Positions 26,672 to 35,733 of a stretch of 49,299 bases of DNA are shown piece after piece. The stretch comes from an uncultured Victivallales bacterium (GTDB lineage: Bacteria; Verrucomicrobiota; Kiritimatiellia; UBA8416). A program made the translations under genes and the position numbers. The notes beneath the pieces are model-generated. The model ran no database searches, was not told the origin of the DNA, and worked only from the letters and a program-made list of their open reading frames with translations. Positions within the stretch are counted from its first letter, which is position 1; each line of letters begins with the position of its first letter. The stretch covers positions 1 through 49,299 of the forward strand of contig CAZOXS010000022.1 of assembly GCA_964583785.1 (NCBI GenBank), given 5' to 3'.

Positions 26672-28437
26672 TGCAGGATTTCATCAAAGAGGCCCCGAAA
26701 TTCACATTCTTCACCGGCAAGGGCGGTGTGGGCAAAACCTCCATGGCCTGCACGACGGCGGTCGGACTGGCCGGGCTTGGGCGCAAGGTCCTGCTCATCA
26801 GCACCGATCCAGCGTCGAACCTCGACGAGGTGCTCGGCTGCCCGCTGGGTTCCAAGCCGGTACCGGTTGCCGGATCTGTTGGTCTGGAGGCCATGAACAT
26901 CAATCCGATGCAGGCGGCGGCCGAATACCGCGAGCGCATGGTCGGCCCCTATCGCGGTGTGCTGCCCGAAGCCTCGATCCAGCAGATGGAGGAACAACTC
27001 TCGGGGGCCTGCACGGTCGAAATTGCCGGCTTCAACGAATTCTCGAAATTCATCGGCGACGAACAGGCCATCACGGCGTACGACCACATCGTGCTCGACA
27101 CCGCCCCCACCGGCCACACCCTGCGCCTGCTCAATCTGCCGGCGGCCTGGACGGAGTTCATGGCCGATAACAAAACCGGTAGCTCATGCCTAGGCCCGCT
27201 TGCAGGCTTGGACGAGCAGCAAAAACTTTTCGCAAAGGTGATTGCCGCCCTGAAGAACCCGCACAAAACACGTCTGGCAATGGTTGCCCGTGCGGATGCG
27301 ATGAGCCTCAAGGAGGCCGCCCGCGCTGCCGCCGAGCTGCGCGAACAGGGCATGACCAACCAATGCCTGATCGTCAACGGCCTGTTTCTCAAGGATTCGG
27401 ACGATCCAACCGCCAAGGCCTTTGCCAACCAATCGCGCACGATGCTGCAAAACATTCCGGCATCACTCCAGAAGTTACCGCTCTATAGGGTGCCATTCCG
27501 GGCTGCGGGCATCATGGGCATGGAAGCATTGCAATGCGTCAGCCGTGACGAACCGGATATTGCGCAGAACGCGATATCCGATCAGAAGATCGAACTTCCG
27601 CCCCTCAACGACTGGGAAAGCTTCTTCGATGAACTGGCCGCCCCAGGCAAGGGTGTCATCCTGACGATGGGCAAGGGCGGCGTCGGCAAGACCACCATGG
27701 CCGCGCTGATCGCCTCCGAGCTGGCACAGCGGGGACATTCCGTCCTGCTCTCCACGACCGATCCCGCCGCGCATATCGCGGAAACACTGGGGGCGGCACA
27801 CGACAACATCGAGGTGGCCCGTATTGATCCCAAGGCCGAGACGGCCAACTATGTTGAAAGTGTGCTGGCAAAGAATCGAGGCATCCTATCCCAGCAGGAT
27901 ATGGAACTTTTAGAGGAGGAGATGCGATCGCCCTGCATCGAGGAGATTGCCGTGTTCCAGGCCTTCGCCAACACCGTCGCCTGCGGCACCGGACAATTCA
28001 TCGTGCTCGACACGGCCCCGACCGGCCACACACTACTGCTGCTCGATTCGACGCAGGCCTACCACCGCGAGATCTCACGTTCCGCTGAGGATCTGCCCGA
28101 GGCGGTCAAGAAACTGCTGCCGCGCATCCGCGACCCGAAGTTCACGCGCATGCTGATTGTCACGCTTCCGGAGGCGACCCCCGTACACGAGGCCGCCGCC
28201 TTGCAAGCCGATTTGAAGCGCGCGGGCATTACCCCCCACGGCTGGATTATCAACCGCAGCTTTGCCGCTACCGGCACCAGCGACCCCGTGCTGGTAGCCA
28301 AGGGGCACCACGAGCTGGCGTATATCGAGGAGGTCTGCCGCGACTACTCGGCGCACACGGTTCTGGCCCCATGGATCGGCGAGGAACTGGCAGGCGAGGC
28401 TAACCTGGATATGTTGAAGCAGGTGCGCGAAGGATAG
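26671..28437 (+). CDS. arsA: ArsA arsenite-stimulated ATPase (two-domain)
   Basis: ATG 26671 overlaps the arsD TGA (TGATG). Two P-loops (FFTGKGGVGKTS, LTMGKGGVGKTT) and two DTAPTGHTL signatures. Confidence 0.95.
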   Translation: MQDFIKEAPKFTFFTGKGGVGKTSMACTTAVGLAGLGRKVLLISTDPASNLDEVLGCPLGSKPVPVAGSVGLEAMNINPMQAAAEYRERMVGPYRGVLPEASIQQMEEQLSGACTVEIAGFNEFSKFIGDEQAITAYDHIVLDTAPTGHTLRLLNLPAAWTEFMADNKTGSSCLGPLAGLDEQQKLFAKVIAALKNPHKTRLAMVARADAMSLKEAARAAAELREQGMTNQCLIVNGLFLKDSDDPTAKAFANQSRTMLQNIPASLQKLPLYRVPFRAAGIMGMEALQCVSRDEPDIAQNAISDQKIELPPLNDWESFFDELAAPGKGVILTMGKGGVGKTTMAALIASELAQRGHSVLLSTTDPAAHIAETLGAAHDNIEVARIDPKAETANYVESVLAKNRGILSQQDMELLEEEMRSPCIEEIAVFQAFANTVACGTGQFIVLDTAPTGHTLLLLDSTQAYHREISRSAEDLPEAVKKLLPRIRDPKFTRMLIVTLPEATPVHEAAALQADLKRAGITPHGWIINRSFAATGTSDPVLVAKGHHELAYIEEVCRDYSAHTVLAPWIGEELAGEANLDMLKQVREG

Positions 28438-28463
28438 CAAGATGGGCAACGTAAAGGCGGGAG

Positions 28464-28547
28464 AGATTAAGGCGAAAGATTAGGTGAAAAGATTAAGGTT
28501 GGTCCTTGGCGCCACTAATCTTTCGCCTTAATCGTTCGCCCTAATCT
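28464..28547. repeat. 13-nt tandem-unit palindrome (3 forward + 3 inverted units), same family as 25463..25564
   Basis: Forward units AGATTAAGGCGAA, AGATTAGGTGAAA and AGATTAAGGTTGG (28464, 28477, 28490). Inverted units ..CCACTAATCT, TTCGCCTTAATCG and TTCGCCCTAATCT (ending 28521, 28534, 28547). TAATCGTTCGCCC here resembles TAATCGTCGCCC in the arsR-arsC element. Confidence 0.9.
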
Positions 28548-28627
28548 GTATTGAAAATAGGTTGCAATTATAGGCCTGAATACGAGTTTTCAGATATAGC
28601 AGTACGCAACAACAAGGAGAATGAGAG

Positions 28628-29680
28628 ATGGAAAAGCAGAAATTGGATATAAGTTTTTTTGACCGGTACTTAACCGTCTGGGTGGCGTTGTGCATGGTGG
28701 CAGGTGTTTTGATCGGAAAATTCCTGCCGGGCATCCCCGCCTTCCTCGGCAAATTCGAGTATGCGAACGTCTCGATCCCGATTGCGGTGCTGATCTGGCT
28801 GATGATCTGGCCGATGATGATGAAAGTGAATTTCACCAGCATCACGGATGTCGGCAAGAACCCGAAGGGCCTGTATGTGACCTGGGTGGTCAACTGGCTG
28901 ATCAAGCCGTTCACGATGTTCGGGATTGCCTCGTTCTTTTTCCATGTGGTGTTCAAGTCGCTGATCCCACCCGATCTGGCCATGGACTATCTCGCCGGTG
29001 CCATCCTGCTGGGGGCCGCCCCCTGCACGGCGATGGTCTTTGTGTGGAGTCACCTGACCAGGGGGAACCCTGCCTACACTGTTGTTCAGGTCGCAACCAA
29101 CGACTTGATCATACTTGTTGCCTTTGTCCCGATCGTGGCCCTGCTGCTCGGGGTTGGCGGCATCCAGGTCCCCTGGATGACTCTGTTTCTATCCGTCGTC
29201 CTTTTCGTGGTCATCCCGCTGGCGGGCGGCATGCTCACCCGCGGCCATGTCATCAAGATCAAGGGCGAGGACTACTTCAACCAATCGTTCCTGCCGAAAT
29301 TCAGTAACTTCACCATTAGCGGGCTGCTGCTGACCCTCGTGCTGATCTTTTCCTTCCAGGGCGAAATCATCCTGAACAATCCCCTGCATATCGCCCTGAT
29401 CGCCGTACCGCTCATCATCCAGACCTACCTGATTTTCTTCATCGCCTATTTCGCGGCAAAACGCCTGAAACTGACACATTGCGTGGCGGCTCCAGGTGGC
29501 ATGATCGGTGCCTCCAACTTCTTCGAACTGGCGGTAGCCGTGGCCATCTCGATGTTTGGCGCTCGTTCACCCGTCGTGCTGGCAACCATAGTCGGCGTCC
29601 TGGTCGAAGTGCCCGTCATGCTGAGCCTGGTCAAGTTCGCCAACCGCACCTCACACTGGTTTCCGGTGAAGCAAAAGTGA
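28628..29680 (+). CDS. acr3: ACR3-family arsenite efflux transporter
   Basis: ISFFDRYLTVWVALCMVAGVLIGKFLPG...LLGAAPCTAMVFVW, 350 aa, 10-TM pattern. Confidence 0.9.
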   Translation: MEKQKLDISFFDRYLTVWVALCMVAGVLIGKFLPGIPAFLGKFEYANVSIPIAVLIWLMIWPMMMKVNFTSITDVGKNPKGLYVTWVVNWLIKPFTMFGIASFFFHVVFKSLIPPDLAMDYLAGAILLGAAPCTAMVFVWSHLTRGNPAYTVVQVATNDLIILVAFVPIVALLLGVGGIQVPWMTLFLSVVLFVVIPLAGGMLTRGHVIKIKGEDYFNQSFLPKFSNFTISGLLLTLVLIFSFQGEIILNNPLHIALIAVPLIIQTYLIFFIAYFAAKRLKLTHCVAAPGGMIGASNFFELAVAVAISMFGARSPVVLATIVGVLVEVPVMLSLVKFANRTSHWFPVKQK

Positions 29681-29795
29681 CGGTACTACCGTTGATTTCA
29701 TTCCGATCTAGTGGTCCGACGAATCTCATCGGCAGGCTTGCATCGGGTCGCGATCTCGGCTAGAAATGAAGCACTATGAATGGTGACTACAGGGG

Positions 29796-30017
29796 GTGGC
29801 GATGCTAGCGGCAAAGGTACGCATGGGGGCGGTTGGGGACCAGGACCGTTTCCGGCGTGAGGATATGCTGGCGATGACTCCCGCAGAACGCATTATGACC
29901 CTGATCCGGCTCCGCAATACCCAATTCGGCGCAATCTCCCGTCCCATTCGTGATGGCGGAATCGTCAGCTACCGGACCTTTGATCGGCATGTTGTCCCCC
30001 GGAGACCCGCAACATGA
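29796..30017 (+). CDS. small hypothetical protein (possible antitoxin-like partner)
   Basis: 73-aa ORF with a 4-nt overlap (30014-30017) with the downstream nucleotidyltransferase-fold gene. No recognisable motif. Confidence 0.4.
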   Translation: MAMLAAKVRMGAVGDQDRFRREDMLAMTPAERIMTLIRLRNTQFGAISRPIRDGGIVSYRTFDRHVVPRRPAT

Positions 30018-30496
30018 CCTCGGACGCCAAAATGCCGGATATTTCACCGGATATGCACGATTTTCTTGGGCTGCTGATCAAGCACGGTGCTCAATTCGCG
30101 CTTTGCGGCGGGTTTGCTGTGACGTATTACGGATTTATCCGCACCACCATGGATATTGACATTCTGGTTTTTCCATCAGCAGCCAATGCAGCCCGCATCA
30201 TGCAGGCGCTTGCGGAATTCGGGTTCGCTAATGCAGGGATCGTGCAGTCTGTATTCGAAAGTCCAGGGGCGGTGATCACGCTAGGGGCGCAGCCGAACCA
30301 GATCGACCTGCTGACCTCGATGTCGACAGAAGCTGCCGATGCGGTATTTGCCGACCTGCATATCACGGAGATCTGGGGTATGCGGATTCCGGTCGTCAGT
30401 CGCCGCTCGCTCTTGCAGGCAAAGAAAGAGGCGAACCGTCCCAAGGACCGGATCGACTACGAGGAGCTGACGGCCCTTTCAGAACGATCCGTTTAA
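30014..30496 (+). CDS. nucleotidyltransferase-fold protein (MNT/AbiEii/DUF6036-like)
   Basis: FALCGGFAVTYYGFIRTTMDIDILV (G-G..R.T.DIDI pattern of the pol-beta NTase fold) and C-terminal RSLLQAKKEANRPKDRIDYEEL. Confidence 0.55.
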   Translation: MTSDAKMPDISPDMHDFLGLLIKHGAQFALCGGFAVTYYGFIRTTMDIDILVFPSAANAARIMQALAEFGFANAGIVQSVFESPGAVITLGAQPNQIDLLTSMSTEAADAVFADLHITEIWGMRIPVVSRRSLLQAKKEANRPKDRIDYEELTALSERSV

Positions 30497-30534
30497 AGAT
30501 CCTGATCTCGTCAGATAATAACCAGTTACCCTAC

Positions 30535-31720
30535 ATGGCAATGAATAAAAGGTTTCTTCGCCGCCTTCCTCAAGGATGTGTTGATCTGTTCTCTAGGTGC
30601 CTATGGTGGCCCCGAGGCGCATCTGGGCGTGTTTATGGATCAGATGGTCGCCAAACGCCGCTATCTGGACGAAGAGGAACTGATCGAGTTGATGGCCCTG
30701 TGCAGCATCCTGCCCGGCCCGACCAGTTCGCAGACGATTGTCTCCATCGGCTACAAGATGGGCGGACCTTTGCTGGCGTTGCTAACCATGCTGGTATGGT
30801 CGCTGCCTGTGCTGATGGTGATGACCGCCGTCTCCTTTCTCTACCGCGTATTGGCTGCGGCCGATCTATCCACTGCCTTCCTGCGCTTCATTGATCCGAT
30901 GGCCGTCGGTTTCATCATCCTGGCCGCCTTCCGGATCGGACGCAAGGTGTTGACCGACCGACTGACCATAGCCCTGGTGCTGACCAGTACCGTGGTCACC
31001 TACTTTATTCGTTCGCCCTGGATATTCCCGTTGGTTTTGCTGGTCGGCGGAGCCGTCACGATCTGCGCTTCCGCCGAAAAGGACATCTGGAACCGCGTGC
31101 GAATTCAACCACCCTGGCGTTACCTGATCCTGTTTGCCGGGTTCGCTGTAGGTTCGCTTGCTCTTGCATTGTTAACCGACATCCGGTTCTTTTCGCTTTT
31201 TGAGCGATTCTACCGTTACGGCTATCTGGTCTTCGGCGGCGGGCAAGTGATTGTCCCGGTCATGCACGGTGAACTGGTCACCATCAATGGTTACATGACC
31301 AACGCCGAATTCCTTACCGGCTACGGCCTGGTGCAGGGCCTGCCCGGCCCCATGTTCAGCTTTGCCGCCTACGCGGGTGGTATGGCCGCACGCGGCGCAT
31401 CCACCTGGCACCAGCTCGCGGGGGCCCTGGCAGGCGGCATCGGCATCTTCTTGCCCGGCTTGCTGCTGATCTATTTCGTCTATCCCGTCTGGTCGTAGAT
31501 CCGCCAGATCCGCGCCATCAAGGTTGCCTTGAGGGGAATCAACGCGGTCGCTGGCGGCATGATCACCGCCGCCGGGATTGTCCTGTTGCAGGCCAACGGC
31601 TTTGCGACAGTCAATCTGCTGGTGACCGGGGCCACGATCGCGCTGCTGGCGACACGCAGGATTCCCGCCCCGCTGCTGGTCGGCCTGGCGCTGCTGGCAG
31701 GTGTATTCCTGCGGCCTTGA
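30535..31720 (+). pseudogene. chrA: chromate transporter ChrA with an in-frame TAG and a probable 5' frameshift (or a split gene)
   Basis: CHR-family motifs GAYGGPEAHLGVFMDQMVAKRRYLDEEEL..CSILPGPTSSQ and a second half YGYLVFGGGQVIVPVM..GLVQGLPGPMFSFAAY. TAG at 31496-31498 interrupts ..VYPVWS*IRQIRAIKVALRGINAVAGGMITAAG, with the same frame continuing to 31720. Upstream, *IKGFFAAFLKDV is in frame with the body, but the ATGs at 30535/30541 are out of frame across the A4 run at 30547-30550. Confidence 0.6.
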
Positions 31721-31780
31721 TATCAAACACTGACGATCTTGTCCTAGACCTTTTCGCCCTCGTGATATAGGCTTCGATTC

Positions 31781-32389
31781 ATGCATCCCGATCTGATCAC
31801 ACATATCCTGTTTGACCTGGGCAATGTCCTTGTGGGACTGAACCCCCTCTCAAATGCCTCGATGCTGTGTCCAGCCTTGCGCGCGGCGCACCAGCCTGAA
31901 TTTGCAATTGTTAACGACTACGAATGCGGCCGGGTGGCCACCGATGTGTTTTTGGCTGAGGCGCCTCGCGCGCTCGGCGTCGATATACAGCCCGATGTCT
32001 TGCGGCTGGAGTTTCAACGTATTGTCGGCGAATGGTATCCGCAAACGCCGGAACTACTGCAGACGCTGCGTAGATCGTATCGCCTGGGTTGCCTTTCCAA
32101 CACCAACCGGCTCCATATCGCGGCCCTCCGCCAGCGCGGTCCACACCTGGAACTATTGCACGACCACTTCTTTTCACATGAGATCGGCCATATGAAACCC
32201 GGCCCGGCTGCCTACGAATGCGTCATCGCCGCCTGGCAGGTCCGCCCCGAACACATTCTCTTCATCGATGACCGCCCCGAGAACGTTACGGGAGCAGTAC
32301 AAGCCGGCATGCAAGCCCTGCAGGCTCACGGTCCCGATGCCGTCGCCGCCGCCTTGCGCCCTTTGCTCAAGGCAAAAAAACCCATGTAG
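31781..32389 (+). CDS. HAD-superfamily hydrolase (subfamily IA-like)
   Basis: ILFDLGNVLV (motif I), LSNTN (motif II), KPGPAAY...FIDDRPENV (motifs III/IV). Confidence 0.8.
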   Translation: MHPDLITHILFDLGNVLVGLNPLSNASMLCPALRAAHQPEFAIVNDYECGRVATDVFLAEAPRALGVDIQPDVLRLEFQRIVGEWYPQTPELLQTLRRSYRLGCLSNTNRLHIAALRQRGPHLELLHDHFFSHEIGHMKPGPAAYECVIAAWQVRPEHILFIDDRPENVTGAVQAGMQALQAHGPDAVAAALRPLLKAKKPM

Positions 32390-32523
32390 CGCCTCTCTGA
32401 TCCGCGCAGCCAGGAACCTCGCTTTCGGTTGTCGCTTTCGGTTTGCTATTGTTGGCCCCGGCATTACACTGTGGAGCACGTCATTTATTCACCGGAAATG
32501 GTGTTAACCGTGGAGGATTAGAT

Positions 32524-33546
32524 ATGAAACACATCAACTGGGGCATCTATGGTCCGGGCGGTATTGCCAATCGATTTGCAGACGCCATGCAAGTCGTGCC
32601 CGACGCATCCATCACACGCGTGGCAGGCAGAACGCCCGCCAAAGCACGTGATTTCGCGCAGCGGCACGGGGTGGAGAAGGCCCTGCCGGACCTCGAGACG
32701 CTCGTTGCCGACCCGGATATTCACGCTGTTTATATCGCCACCACACACAATGCCCACTGCCAGGCGGCTTGCGCTTGCCTTGCCGCCGGCAAGGCGGTCT
32801 TGTGCGAGAAACCACTGGCCATGAACACCAGGGAAGTCCAGCAGATCATCGCCACGGCCGAACAGAACCAATGCTTTATGATGGAAGCCTTGTGGACACG
32901 CTTCCTGCCCGCCTGGCAACGGGTGCGTGCATTGCTTGCCGAGCATGCCATCGGCACCCCGAAAATGGTGCATGCCAATTTCGGTGTGGTGGGGTCATTT
33001 GACCCAGAGGGACGTATGCTGAACAAGGCTCTGGCAGGGGGCGCCTTGCTCGATCTGGGTGTGTATCCGGTCGCGATGGCGCAAATGATTCTGCCGGGGC
33101 CCGTCATGTCCATACAGGCGGCCGGCGAACTCGGTCCAACGGGGGTCGATGTCAGGACGGCCATGACATTGGAATTCGCCAACGGGGCGCTGGCGCAACT
33201 AAGTGCAGCGCTCGGGACGCGGACCGATAACAGCCTTACGATTGCCGGCGACAAGGGACAGATTCGCGTATTGGAGCCGTTCTGGGGCGCACAGACGATC
33301 GAATGGACACCGGACGGGAAAGCCCGGCACCGCGAGGAATACCCCCACCGCAAAAATGGTTTCGAAGAAGAAATCGAAGAAGTCAACAACGCGATCCGTG
33401 AAGGTCGCATCGAGAGCCCCGTCATGCCGCACCACGATTCCCTAGCCATTGTCGGAATCATGGATGCGGTGCGTGCCCGGATCGGCCTGTCGTATCCGCA
33501 GGATCAAGGCGCGGATGGTGCCTGGGATCAACCTTCTGGCTTATAA
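32524..33546 (+). CDS. Gfo/Idh/MocA-family NAD(P)-dependent oxidoreductase
   Basis: ATG 32524 lies within ORF 32443..33546. INWGIYGPGGIANRFA (Rossmann), AVLCEKPLAMN (EKP motif). Confidence 0.85.
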   Translation: MKHINWGIYGPGGIANRFADAMQVVPDASITRVAGRTPAKARDFAQRHGVEKALPDLETLVADPDIHAVYIATTHNAHCQAACACLAAGKAVLCEKPLAMNTREVQQIIATAEQNQCFMMEALWTRFLPAWQRVRALLAEHAIGTPKMVHANFGVVGSFDPEGRMLNKALAGGALLDLGVYPVAMAQMILPGPVMSIQAAGELGPTGVDVRTAMTLEFANGALAQLSAALGTRTDNSLTIAGDKGQIRVLEPFWGAQTIEWTPDGKARHREEYPHRKNGFEEEIEEVNNAIREGRIESPVMPHHDSLAIVGIMDAVRARIGLSYPQDQGADGAWDQPSGL

Positions 33547-34205
33547 TCAGCCGGCGGCTCCGCGGCAAGGCGGTACGGCGTGTTTGTCTCGGATATCGGG
33601 TATTCAAGGATCGCCGGTGCGGTTTCCTCCTCCCCCGTGCAGAGATCGTCCAGAAGCATGCGCTCTTCCTGCAGATAGACATGCCTGGGGTCGAACGCAT
33701 GCAGCAGCGGAGGACCGAATCGACGCGCGGCGTAAGTCCGGAGGTCGTGAGACACCTGAAGCGCTCGCGTCACGTCCGCCTGCTGCTTCGCCGTAATGGT
33801 CCTGACAAACCAGCTGGCGGGGAGGCAGGCACGGTCGCAGACGTGTTGATTCCATAGACTCAGAACGCGCAAGGGCTGTTGGTCAAATCCCGTTCGCCAT
33901 TCCTGCGGCGTGGCCGGAAGGGGATAGCGACTGAACGGGATCAGCCTGATCGCCTCGGCCGATTCGGCAGGCATCAGCAGGACATAGACCGGTCGCTCCA
34001 CCGCCGGCAGCGATACGGCCGTTGGCACCAGCAGACGAATCTGCCCCGCCGCCGACGAAGGACCATCCGGAGATTGCACCTTGCATCCCGTACGTTCCGG
34101 CGTCTCCGGCTCCGGCCCACGCAACTGCCGGTCCAACTGGTAGGCCGCCACCCATGCAGCCAATTGCTGGCGGTGGAACGCAAGATTAAACGGTTTAGTC
34201 ACCAT
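33528..34205 (-). CDS. hypothetical protein, translationally coupled to the sigma-like gene
   Basis: 225-aa ORF with plausible composition, overlapping the upstream gene end by 11 nt. No motif recognised. Confidence 0.45.
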   Translation of the reverse strand: MVTKPFNLAFHRQQLAAWVAAYQLDRQLRGPEPETPERTGCKVQSPDGPSSAAGQIRLLVPTAVSLPAVERPVYVLLMPAESAEAIRLIPFSRYPLPATPQEWRTGFDQQPLRVLSLWNQHVCDRACLPASWFVRTITAKQQADVTRALQVSHDLRTYAARRFGPPLLHAFDPRHVYLQEERMLLDDLCTGEEETAPAILEYPISETNTPYRLAAEPPADYKPEG

Positions 34206-34998
34206 CGACTGACTCCTCCTTTATATACCTGAAGAGATCAGGATGTACGATTTCCAATTCGTTTTCGGTTTCGGCGGCGATTTTTTCAATCAGCGCCTGG
34301 GCCACTTGCATACGCGTGTTGGCGGATTCCTGCGGAAGCGCCATCTGCAGCAAGTCAGCCATTTTCTGAATGCCCTCGTACAGGGCATTGCACAAGGAAC
34401 TCTTGCCGCACTGCGCCGCCGCCATCACGGCACGATGCGAGAGCGTTTTGCCGGCATGATGTACCGTCAAGGCGATCTTCTCGCGGGCCGACAACTGCTC
34501 GCCCACCCCTGCCAGAAGTTGATCAACCAGCGCCTGCAGATCATGCGCGTCAACCGCCGCCAGCGGATCTGCCGCCGCCGGCAACAGATCCTCCAGCGCG
34601 ATCGCGCGACCTTGACAATCCCCGGCCGGATCGAGGGGCGCATCCAGCGAAACCATCCACCCGGGGTGGTGTTCATGACGCAAATAGTGCCGGACCACAT
34701 CACGCATGATCAGCGTCGCACCACCCTGAATGCAGCTTAAGGTTGGCTGCGCCCCTCCGCGCGCGAAGAGCCACGCCTTCCAGGCTTTGAGCGCGCGCGT
34801 CCGCCCCAGCGCAAAATGGGTTTCGAAGGCGTGCCACGCATCAGAAGCCGTCGGGGGCGCGAACGACGGGCGCACTTTCCGCAGGTAGCGCCGGAAACGA
34901 TCGAAAGCGAATCCGGCTAAATCGCGCTGCGCCGCCGGCGTGCAGCGCGCGGCCGCACACCGTGCCTGCCACATCTGCCAGTGTTCCAATTCAGCCAT
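34195..34998 (-). CDS. hypothetical protein with a sigma-70 region-4-like C-terminal HTH (possible divergent sigma/regulator)
   Basis: LSAREKIALTVHHAGKTLSHRAVMAAAQCGKSSLCNALYEGIQKM resembles a region 4.2 HTH. An aromatic-rich N-half (WHAFETHF..KAWKAWLF) weakly resembles region 2. Weak call. Confidence 0.4.
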   Translation of the reverse strand: MAELEHWQMWQARCAAARCTPAAQRDLAGFAFDRFRRYLRKVRPSFAPPTASDAWHAFETHFALGRTRALKAWKAWLFARGGAQPTLSCIQGGATLIMRDVVRHYLRHEHHPGWMVSLDAPLDPAGDCQGRAIALEDLLPAAADPLAAVDAHDLQALVDQLLAGVGEQLSAREKIALTVHHAGKTLSHRAVMAAAQCGKSSLCNALYEGIQKMADLLQMALPQESANTRMQVAQALIEKIAAETENELEIVHPDLFRYIKEESVDGD

Positions 34999-35024
34999 CT
35001 TCCCACCGCTTTCTGAACAATCTC

Positions 35025-35096
35025 CATCATCCTGCTATCCAAAAACCCGGACACCATCCCACCCCAACATCATCCTGTCACACAAAACCCAGGCAC
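35025..35096. repeat. two copies of a ~30-nt direct repeat, 43-nt period, in the divergent promoter region
   Basis: CATCATCCTGCTATCCAAAAACCCGGACAC (35025-35054) versus CATCATCCTGTCACACAAAACCCAGGCAC (35068-35096). Confidence 0.7.
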
Positions 35097-35265
35097 AATC
35101 CGGGCAGGATTCAACCGACACGCCCCTTCCTATACCTCAATTTGCCGACTTTTAAAAATATTTTTGGAAATGACTGGCGCTTGTTTCTTCCTGTAAATAG
35201 GGGCTGCCGGGTGGCACGCATCCTGACACATAAGAAAGCGTGTACAAAAAAGAGAGGAGTACAGG

Positions 35266-35673
35266 ATGAGCAATGTCAATCGTGTGTTCTTGCTGGGGAA
35301 CCTGACACGGGATCCGGAATTGCGGCAGACAGCCGGCGGGTTGTCGGTCAGCGATCTGGGGGTGGCGGTATCGGAAACCTACCAGAACAAAGCGGGGGAA
35401 AAGGTCGAGACGAAGTGTTTCACGGACGTGGTGGTCTGGGGCAGGCAGGCGGAGGTTTGCAGCCAATACCTGGCCAAAGGGGCGCCGGTGATGGTCGAGG
35501 GGCGCCTGCAACTGGATCAGTGGGAGACCGAGGCGGGCGAAAAGCGCAGCCGCCTGCGCGTCAAGGCCGATCGCGTGCAGTTTCTCGGCCGCCTGCGTGG
35601 TTCCGGCGATCCGGAGGACCCACTCGAATCTGAAGGCGTCCCGCTGGACACGGCGGACGGGATTCCGTATTAA
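35266..35673 (+). CDS. ssb: single-stranded DNA-binding protein
   Basis: MSNVNRVFLLGNLTRDPELRQTAGG...VVVWGRQAEVCSQYLAKGAPVMVEGRLQLDQWE (OB fold) and an acidic C-terminal tip DTADGIPY. RBS GAGAGGAG. Confidence 0.9.
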   Translation: MSNVNRVFLLGNLTRDPELRQTAGGLSVSDLGVAVSETYQNKAGEKVETKCFTDVVVWGRQAEVCSQYLAKGAPVMVEGRLQLDQWETEAGEKRSRLRVKADRVQFLGRLRGSGDPEDPLESEGVPLDTADGIPY

Positions 35674-35733
35674 TGTCGAGAAGCGTAATCAATCAACAGT
35701 TTGTAAACCCGGTTTCAAAAGGAGAAAACCATC

